Source: Bilabrum cf. latius
Lineage: Eukaryota
NCBI GenBank assembly: GCA_965178125.1
Contig: OZ237737.1
Coordinates: 1,240,001 to 1,304,000, forward strand
DNA length: 64,000 bases
Direction: 5' to 3'
In this document: piece after piece, positions 52,227-61,400 of the stretch
Position numbering within the stretch: the stretch's first letter is position 1
Layout: the number at the start of each line of letters is the position of its first letter
Program-made: the position numbers and the translations under genes
The notes under the pieces: generated by a model
Seen by the model: the letters and a program-made list of their open reading frames with translations, nothing else
Database searches by the model: none
What the model was told of the DNA's origin: nothing

Positions 52227-54758
52227 ATGTTGAGTGCCTATTCCAAACACTGGATTGAAGGCAAGGCCTCAATGTATCCTCTGTGGGTCATGGCTTTGCT
52301 TGCCGGCCTCGTGGTATCCCAAAATGACGTACATTTCGCAGCAAACACAGCAGTTGCCGTTGGGCGCTTTCGACATTTCTGGAATTCGAATGGATTCTGC
52401 CCGCCGTCGCCTCATGTCAATCAATCAGAAGAATACGACTTGGGTCTGGCCATGCATCAGAATCTGCTTCTGATCTCGTCAACGCCCAACACTCTAGTGT
52501 CCGACGCCGCCTTGGATCCATCCCTATTGCCGGCGGTGGCGCAGGAGCAGTGGCAAGTTCGGGTGCACTTTCTGTTTGACTTGATACGTTACACTGAGTC
52601 AAGACAAGAGCCGGCGACTGCAAGCAGCCTCCCGCCTCTTGACTACTCTCCATTGGTGACATTTATCGGCAGGCTGGTTGACTCTGGAATGCGCCCTGGC
52701 TTCGAAATCATGGGAAACCCAAACAATACGCTGTTTAGCAACTTTGATGACCCTGTTCAAGTGCACATGTGGGCTGACATGGTAGAGCAGGCCTTCTTGC
52801 GACTTATTGATCGCTTTGGGATCGAAATTGTCCGCCGTTGGAATCTCATGGGGTGGAACGAGATCGATTACCACGACACAGATGGTCTGGTGATGACCCC
52901 ATCTGGCTATTGCAACTACTACGATGCTACTCAGGAGGGGCTTCGTCGGGTCGGTCTCGAAGGCCAGATGGGCGCTCCTGACGACGGCCACATCATCGGG
53001 CCGATCGGATTCAGGTTCTTCGCCCACGTGCTGAACGGCACAGATTTCTTCACCGGAAAGGCGCCCGTCCTTCCTTCATACGTTGGCGCGCATCATAAGG
53101 GAGAGCCCACGAGCTCTCTCGGTCTGGCTTCGAGCATCCTCGCGGGCACCGCTAGCCAGCTATGCCAGGTGAAAGAAGCCGCCCCCGGCCTGCTGGGCAA
53201 GCAAAGGCCGGACGGGAAGCTCATCCCGTGGTCGAACGATGAGAGCGACCCCTTGGGAGGATGGAACAAGCTGGAAGAGTGGCGTGCAGACGCTAGGTAC
53301 CCTGCGATGATGGCCAAAGTCATCACGCAGCACTTCTGCCTCTGGGCCAGCCCGAACGCTTCAAGCCCTGCATGTCCCGGTGCTGCTTCGTTCCCATCTC
53401 CTTCGGTTAATTCGGGGCTCACCACCACTGGCTGCTCGGGTGTCAACCCCACTGGCCCCGGGGTGTTTCAAGGGGTCCCTCTGGGATTCCTCTCCTTCGA
53501 CGCTGCATTCATGAACTTCGGGCCCGACGGGTTCTGGGACCGGCGAACCTTCACTACGAGGTTCCTCATGAACAACAGCAGGCCTGCTCCTGGTGTTGAG
53601 ACCATCCGAAAGCTTTCCCTCAACGTGATGACACCTCTGAGCAGGCTTGGCGATGAGGCGCTGCAGGTGGTCGAATCTAGATCCAGCGGCCGTGCTACTG
53701 CGCTGGGCGCCGTGGCTTCCAGCGGATCGGCGCAGCAGGCAGTGGAACGTTCAGCACAGCCTTCGGTATCATTGATGTCACCGCCTACTTCTTTGTCGGC
53801 TTCATGGCCTCCTCCAATGTCCAATGTGTCGGCAATTGCTACCATGCGCAGCTCCACTGGCGAGGCCACCGTTATGCTGTACGGCTCGCAGGACGTCACA
53901 CAGCTGAATGGATCTATCAACGCCACCGTGGATATTGATTTGAGTGACCTGCTTGGTCTCGATTCAGGTACAGGGTACCATGGCACCGGTGCCGTCGTGG
54001 CCGTGGCGACCTACACGATCGCGGACAGAACGACAGACCCTAGGTCCGTGTGGGTGTCGGCCGGATCTCCCGTGTTCCCCGACCCCGCACTGCTCCGATC
54101 CATGAGGCATGGATAGGAAGTTGTAGCCGACTCGGTCCATCTGGTCAACGTATCTGCATCCTCGCAACAGGTTGCGGCAGGCTCCAATCTTGACCCAGAC
54201 GCACCTCGCGTCAGCCCGAGCTGGCGCCCCGACCAGTGGGAATCGGCCCAGCGGCATTTCGTGGCTGGGGAGGCAGTCGGTCGCGTGGATATGGGCACAC
54301 CGCGGCAGGATGGAGTTCTGCGACTGGGGGGGGCTGTTCCCCAGACTGGGGTCAGGGTGTACCACGTCTGCACCAGGGGTCCCAACCCCTAGGGGAATCC
54401 CCCTGACGGGGCCCCTGGCTCCCCTGCGTGGGTCCGGTGGCTGCCCAACCCCCCGCAGATGAACGAGAACGTGATAACGTGGGGAGACACCGACACTAGG
54501 TGCATCCGGACATTCGAGGTGCAGGGGCGTGTGGCAGGCGCAGCGGCGGGCGATGCCAATGGTGACTGGATCGACGTGCTGGACGGCGTGTCTACAGCAG
54601 CCAAAGCATACGTGCATGATTTGCGCGTGACACCAGGGACTCGCGCGGACCTGAATGGGTCGGGGATTTTGGCCGATGCGAGCCAATGGGAGTACCGGGT
54701 GCGAGCCGTTGACTACTGGGGCAGGGCGAGCGGTTGGGCCACTGGCCAGTAGAACTGA
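52227..54758 (+). CDS. IDUA: Alpha-L-iduronidase (glycoside hydrolase family 39) with a C-terminal FN3-like domain
   Basis: Motifs FWNSNGFCPPSPH, QVRVHFLFDL, PGFEIMGNP, WNE (acid/base), NDESDPLGGW (nucleophile), WRADARYPAMMAKVI, CIRTFEV, YRVRAVDYWGR. In-frame TAG at 54114, 54390, 54750; TGA at 54756. The likely start is ATG 52272, which gives a signal peptide. Confidence 0.9.
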
Positions 54759-55023
54759 TGGCTGCCATCACGATTGAATGAGTCGTCCACGGTACGGAAG
54801 TGCTGCACTGCGCTGTTGCAGAGGTGTGTGGGCGTGATCAGATCCGACAGGCAGGGCGGGTCATGATGCTGTGCACAAGATAAGGTAGAAGGCGGGCAGG
54901 CTGGCTCGTGCCGGTGGGTGGATCTACTGTGGGATCCGGAGCCGTGCGCTAGTTGCACCTGCTGCATCGACGCATATTTCCACAGCTTGCGAGCTTGCTT
55001 CAAGGTTTACTGGCAATTTCACC

Positions 55024-56603
55024 ATGCGAATCGAGTCTATGATAATAGTTTCTTGCATCTGCCTCACGTTTGCGGCGGCTAGCTCAAGTTTTTACTCAAT
55101 CGTGAGCCGCTGAGATCATTACAATAGTGTTATGCTACAGCGCTAAACTCAAGAAGATATTCACCATTCCAGAGGCCAATACCGCGTAATTGACAATGTG
55201 TTACATAAAAAATCATGCAGGGCGACTGGGGTGGTCAGGACACGACGCCGTGAGGAAATCGATCGCATGACTTGCTCGCATCTTCAGCCGCATGTTCCAG
55301 CAAAGCTCCGACAGCAAAAGCAGACTGGTGCCTCCCGCAGATACTACACGGATGCCGAGTTCAAGGCAGCAGCTGCAGTGTCTAAACTGGCTGAGAACGA
55401 GTGAGAACCGTGCTCAAGTTCCGCCTGCAGGCCCTGGTTCAGGTCAAAGTGCATCTGACGGTTGCATCAACGATAGCCTTTCGCACTGGTGTCCTCGACT
55501 CAACCACAGGAAGCCCGCCTTCGCTTTGCTCAACGGCGACAACTTCTACTCGTCTGGTATTCATGGAGATGCCACCAATTTTCGATTCCAGTCAACATTT
55601 GAGGACGTTTTCACTGGGAACGACGTGATCGACGATCTGGATTTCTACGCTGTTGCAGGCAAGTGAGTAGCGCTCTGACCTGATCATCCCGAATCACTCA
55701 TTGTTGCTAACTACATTGTGTGCGTCTCCAGCGAATCTTATTTCCGCTGCAGCCACGACTGGAAGGGCAACGTCAGCGCCCAGATCGAGCACAGCCGGCT
55801 GTCGAAGCGGTGGAACTACCCAGACTACTTCTACACCGTCAACGCTACTCTGTCCAGCGGTACACCGGGGTCCCAGAAGGAGTATTCTGTTGAAGTTATC
55901 ATGGTAGACACGGTGGTGCTAACCCTTGACTTTGCAGTTGAGAAGGGCGACGAGGACTTCGGCAAGCAGTACGTGAGCCGGACACTTTGACCTCCTTTGT
56001 GCCTGGTGTAGAAGCCTACTAGTCTGTCTTTTACCCGATCTTTGCTAATATTGTTACTCATTGTGCGCAGGAGATCCCCGAGGACGTGCGCGCGACCAAC
56101 TGGTGGGAGTGGCTGACCTCGGCCATGGAGAGCAGCACTGCTGATTTCCTCTTCGTGGCAGGGCACTACCCCGTGTACAGCCCCGGCTCCCACGGCCCTA
56201 CGTTTCTGCTGGAGCTGCAGCTGAAGCCGCTGCTTGAGAAGTACAACGCGCACTACCTGTGCGGCCACGACCACATCCAGGCCCACATCGAATACGAGGC
56301 GTCGCGTACGTCGTGGCAGGGTCCTTCCATGAGTGCTGCTATGCCGCATCGCACAAGAAGGACGTGCCTGCGGGCGCGCTCAAGTACATGCACGCGGCAA
56401 GCGCGCAGTGCAGCCTGACTGAAGAGGGGGAGGCGAGCGCTGCAGCCGCTGTGGCACAAGATGCCCACATCGAGGAGGTGCACGACACGGTTGATTCCGG
56501 GTTTGCTGGCATCTACTTCACCGATGCTGGCTTCAACGTGAAGTACTATGATAACGACCTGAATGTCAGGTACAACTCGTCGTCGTACGCACCTCGCAAC
56601 TGA
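55024..56603 (+). CDS. ACP5: Purple (tartrate-resistant, type 5-like) acid phosphatase, 6 exons, with an apparent 1-nt frameshift near 56297
   Basis: Signal peptide from ATG 55024. Phase-compatible introns 55102-55220, 55250-55340, 55401-55509, 55663-55752, 55973-56070. Metal-ligand motifs GDWGG, GDNFY, GNHD, VAGHYP, YLCGHDH. GVAYVVAG lies in a shifted frame. TGA at 56601. Confidence 0.85.
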
Positions 56604-56764
56604 TGTAGGGGCTCGTTCCAGTGGCGCGGAGCTGTTGCTAGGCGTTGTCGTATCTATTGATCCAGCAACTGTCCAGGCGAGTTGACTAATGACTTGAGCT
56701 CCACAGTTTTTCTCTTCGATTAACCTGCGCACGCTTTTTGTCAGCAAGTTGGCCCGACAGATCA

Positions 56765-58129
56765 TCAGAACTTGCCGGCCCGGTAGTCGGCGATTGCTTG
56801 CTGGATGCCATCCTCAGAGTTCATCACGAACGGGCCACGTGCCACGACGGGCTCGTCGATGGCGGGGCCAAGGAACACGACGACTCGCCCTTGCTTCCCA
56901 TCGCTGGGTGCCCTTGCCTTTGTACCTCCCCCTCGTAGTCGCAACCTGAGGGGAACTCTGGCTGACCGACCCGAGTCCTCACCTGCTCCTGCCGCGGCGA
57001 GTGGAGCAGCAGGCCCTGATTCAGCAGGGGGTTCAGACTCACCGGCAGAACCGCTGGGGCTTGATGACGCGGCGATGGCGCCTGTCGAACCCGTAGCTGC
57101 CACCTCGGTGGTGTCAGCCGCAGCCGCCACTCGCCCGTCGATGCTGCCAGACGCACGAGACAACGCGCCGCTCACCGACGCAGATTTCGCCACCCGGACT
57201 GGTGGCAGCAATCCTGCATGACCATGCTTCAAGATGGACGGGTCGCCGCCACCTTCGGCGCCTACAATGTCCCAGCCGCCGTGCACCGCATACGCAAACC
57301 CATTCCAGCCGGCCGGCACCTGAACCTCCGGCACGAAGGCTTGGTCCGACTCGGAGATAGGCTTCTCCCTTGCAGCCTCCAGCCAGGCTGCCCCGGGGCC
57401 TTCCTTGGCGCCATCTGCCCTCGGGATGCCTCCGTCGAGGCCGCCCCTTGTAATGTCCAGGATGAGCAGAGGGTGCGCCATGCGGGCCGGGCTCGATGTG
57501 CCAGGCTCTCCGAGGCTTCCAGTCAGCACCCTGCATGCATACCCATGGCCCAAGTCTAGCACGGGGATAGATTTGGCTGTGATATCTTCGTGGAATGGCT
57601 CCATCATCTTGGACTTTGACGGCAGGTTGAGCCAAAGCTGCAGCATATGTGTGTCTGCGCTCCCCTCCGGCATCTCGCTGTGAACTATGCCCTTTCCTGT
57701 GGTCATCACCTGCACATCTAGCCCGCGAACTACTGCAGTATTTCCTTTTGAGCGTCTGGAGTAGTCTGTATGGCGGAGTGCGCCCCGAAACAGGATGCTG
57801 ACAGTTACAAATCCACGGTGTGGGTGAGGCTCGAATCCACCCGGCTCTTTGATCCAGTCTTCCGCCAGTAAAAGGCAGGGCGACGCCTCGCTCCAATTTT
57901 TTACTGCTCCTACCACACCTGGGTACAGAACAATGTTTTTCTTGTAGCTTTGGACGCCGTCAGGCACTGACCGTGCCAGCCACGTCGCACCTAGGTACCG
58001 TGCGTGCGGCGTTGTTGGAGGTTCAGCAAGTACACTGCTGCCAGAATGTGAGTCTTTACCTTGTGATACTGACGCCATTATAGATGCAACTGCGACAATC
58101 GAAGCGATTCGACCTGGGAAGCGCTTCAT
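56765..58129 (-). CDS. PIR: Pirin (cupin superfamily) with low-complexity insertions
   Basis: GFEPHPHRGFVTVS, VQVMTTGKGIVHSEMP, LQLWLNLP, EPVVARGPFVMN. No internal TAG. Ends in TGA. Confidence 0.92.
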   Translation of the reverse strand: MKRFPGRIASIVAVASIMASVSQGKDSHSGSSVLAEPPTTPHARYLGATWLARSVPDGVQSYKKNIVLYPGVVGAVKNWSEASPCLLLAEDWIKEPGGFEPHPHRGFVTVSILFRGALRHTDYSRRSKGNTAVVRGLDVQVMTTGKGIVHSEMPEGSADTHMLQLWLNLPSKSKMMEPFHEDITAKSIPVLDLGHGYACRVLTGSLGEPGTSSPARMAHPLLILDITRGGLDGGIPRADGAKEGPGAAWLEAAREKPISESDQAFVPEVQVPAGWNGFAYAVHGGWDIVGAEGGGDPSILKHGHAGLLPPVRVAKSASVSGALSRASGSIDGRVAAAADTTEVAATGSTGAIAASSSPSGSAGESEPPAESGPAAPLAAAGAGEDSGRSARVPLRLRLRGGGTKARAPSDGKQGRVVVFLGPAIDEPVVARGPFVMNSEDGIQQAIADYRAGKF

Positions 58130-58332
58130 TCTGTCTTATCGCTAAACTGTAAGCACTGCCTGCGCCGTCGCGATGCGGAACTTATCACACAAGTAACTCA
58201 AGTCTGAACAAAACGAGCGCGCTCACACCAGTCAAGCTAATTGGCAGAAGCCTGCGACCTGCAAATGATTGCGACCGCCGGCGCTGTGCGGCAACGAGCC
58301 AAGAATCCGAATCCGCACAAATACTTCCAATC

Positions 58333-58383
58333 ATTTAAGCGGTTCGGTAACTTAACCCAACAATGTATTTCTGTATTTAAGCG
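58333..58383 (+). mobile_element. Extremely 5'-truncated LINE insertion (33 bp) flanked by a 9-bp target-site duplication
   Basis: atttaagcg at 58333-58341 and 58375-58383 flanks gttcggtaacttaacccaacaatgtatttctgt. The stretch acccaacaatgtatttctgtattt is identical to the LINE 3' end. Confidence 0.8.
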
Positions 58384-58421
58384 TAGTGAAAACCAAGACA
58401 GGCTGTGCTGCGCATCAAATA

Positions 58422-61400
58422 ATGTCATCTTATGCCAGCCGGTAGCGCCCTGCACGAGGTGCCACGGTTGCCCGGGCCCCCAAGCTGGCAACCGAGCAGC
58501 GATTCAGCCGCCGTACTCCAACGGACCGAAGGTTGGAGAACCTACGGCGCGGCGGCGGGGAGAGTAACCCTTCGAAGAAACAAATGTCAACTAGTTATTC
58601 ATCACCCGGAGCTCGTGGGCCCGCTCAGGCTGCTAGCCCAGAACTCAGATCTCGGGCGCGCTAGTCGAAGGATGCAGTTGACAGCCCGGGATTTGCAGCA
58701 AGGCGCGATGAGCCTCCTAGGTCTCCTGCAGAAAAATCAGCATTCTTACGATTGCTTGAGGAGGCTGAACAGACCGCGGATGCTATCGAAGAGGAGCCAC
58801 TAGAAGTTCATCCTCAGTTACTGGAGATTCACGAAAAGGCATTGGCCGAATCTAATAATATTGATGGCACAGGCTCGGCTAGCAAAAAACTGCTTCCACC
58901 GCTGCCTAGTGAGCCGAGTGGTTTGGAAGCTTAGACATCTTCGCCCCTGTTGCTCGCTCCGCCAAAATCGCGATTGACTGCCAGAACGCAACGGCCAGGC
59001 GAGGCTGGCCGCTCGTCCCCGCACGATGCTGGCTCTTACCTATCTCGACCAATTGGCAAGTCCCGTCTTACTCCGCGGCAAGGGCAGTGCAATGATCGGG
59101 CTGGACATAGCAGTGGCAGAAAGAAGGCTAGCGCTGCTCGGACAGCAGCTGCAGCAGCAGCAGAACTGCGGGCTCCTCGCCGACGAGCAAGCCCTGGCAG
59201 TAACACCCGCCAACGGACCATTAGTGTCGCAAAGAAGCCCGCCTGGGTCGGTGACAGGGTCGCACGTGAAGGTAAACGGGAAGGCACTGGTGACATCCGC
59301 GACGGGGCTAGGCATCATGGACCTTCAGTGCCTTCTTCCCATTTGCCTTCGCACCAGCCGCGCAGAGGCGTGCACACCAGGATCAGGCAGGCTGGATCCG
59401 CTGCAATCGCAGCGTGGGTGGGCAACGTCCTCCACGACGCTGCCACGGCAATGAGGGTTAGGAGGCTGCGCATCGACTCCGGGGACATGTCCTCCCTACT
59501 GGCTGACGACACCCCCGCTGCCATTGCCGCTCTCAGAAAGGTATTGGGACCTGTGGTGGACTCGGCCCGAGTGCGACAGATGATGAGGGCCAACTTTGCG
59601 CGGGAGTTTGGGGCCCACGGTAGGCCGGGCAAGCACCGCTAGCCCACAAATGATGGCAGTTCCAATGGACAACTGGGGGCAACAGGAAGCGCTGCGAGCG
59701 GTAGAGCCACTGACCGCAACGGCTCACCAGGTGCAGACACGGGCAATGCGAGCGCATCTGATTCCCGCGCGCGGACGCAAAGCCTTGAAGAGCTCGCTTC
59801 TGCCGCAGTTGCAGAGTTCGGGGACGAGGAGAGTGTGGCTGTGTCAAAGATGGCTGCAAAGCAAGCTCACCGCCGCGGGACAGCAGCGGCAGTGGAGCTA
59901 GGATCGCCACTCAAGCTTGCTCCAGGCAACCGAGTCGATTAGCTGCGGGGTGAGGGGAGTGCAGACCCTCTCGATTCTCTATCGGCCATGAAGGGTTCGC
60001 CCCTCAAGCTGGCGAGAGAGCGGCGGAGGGCAGACTTGGCCGCGGTGCTCCAAGATTCCACTAGGTCTGCCCACGCACTAGCCAACCTGCTCCATGCGAA
60101 GGCTCGCCAAGCTGCCGCTGCCCGGGCCCCGCCACCAGCGGTGGCTTCCACTGTCGGCTAGACGCACCCTGTCGTGGGACAGCCTGGTGTGCCCCTAGGT
60201 GATATGCCTCCAGCCACGAAGCGAGCAGATGCAAGCGAGGTCGCCCGTCGACTAGAAGGCGCGGCCGCTTTGCTGAACCAGGTGCTTGTGCGCCCAGGGC
60301 GTTTCATTGGAGAGTTTGGTGAGCCTGCGCCAGCCCAAGGTCTGCCTAGAGCCTCTGTGCTTAAAGCTCTTCGCTAGCTCGCCAGAGTGCTGCAGCAGGC
60401 ACTAATCGGATTTGGAGATGCTGATAGCCGCGCACAAGCTCTGAACGTTGCACAGCGGGGCTGCGAGTTCATGGTTGCGTGCGTCACCGTAGACGTGTCA
60501 GTGGAGGAGGAGCAGGGCCAGTCTTGCTGTAGCTAGAAGGTGCTGCATGCTGCCCTCTCGAGAGAGTCTACGGAAGCCTGCGTGCAGCTGAGGGTTGGTA
60601 ATGACGCAGCCTAGCAGTATGCACGGTTGGTCGAGCGCACGTCTGACCAGATACTTCAGAGTTCTCAGAGGCCTGGTACGGCGGCCTCTGGGGAATCAGC
60701 TCCGACGAAAGCTAGCATTATTTGGCGTGGCATCGAACAAGGAATGCTCTCTGGTGGCGGATATACAGACGGAGTTGCGTGGCTGCTGTCACAGCTGTGC
60801 TAGTCGGCAGGCGAAGATGCCGTCCTGCAGATTCAACAGTCGGCCAAACGCTTGCAGGGGACCGAGCTCGATGAGTTCAACCGGCAAGTCTCTCTAGTAT
60901 CTGCAACAGTCGCTGCAGTTTGCACGATCGGTGACTGGATCAGGACAGCCGTGGCTGCCACAGACACCATCAGCCGCACTGACATGCACGTATCCACGGG
61001 CTCTGATAATCGGAAGGCAGAGGCTGGCAGGTTGGTGCACGCATAGGATGCCAAGCGGCATTGGCAAGAAGCAGCAGCTGCTCGCACACCCGGAGCCTCT
61101 GGCACCGCTCTGCCCGGTCGTATTGGTGGTCACCTGCGGCCGAGCTAGGTGTCTGCCGTTGTGTCACCGCTCCAATCGGGAGTAGGCATGAAATCCGTTC
61201 CGCCCGTGTCGTCAAATGCAGTGATAAATCCTCCATCCGTCCCACCGCGGCAAGCCCACCTGCAGGGCCGCCAGACCAGACAATCGCATGTCGAAGGTGA
61301 CGACGCATTTGGCAGTCAGCTTTCCCCAGCGAAGGCCAGCCATTGCGAAGAAGAAGATTCCAGCGAACCTCAGTCCACAGGTTTGCTTTCACTCGGACAG

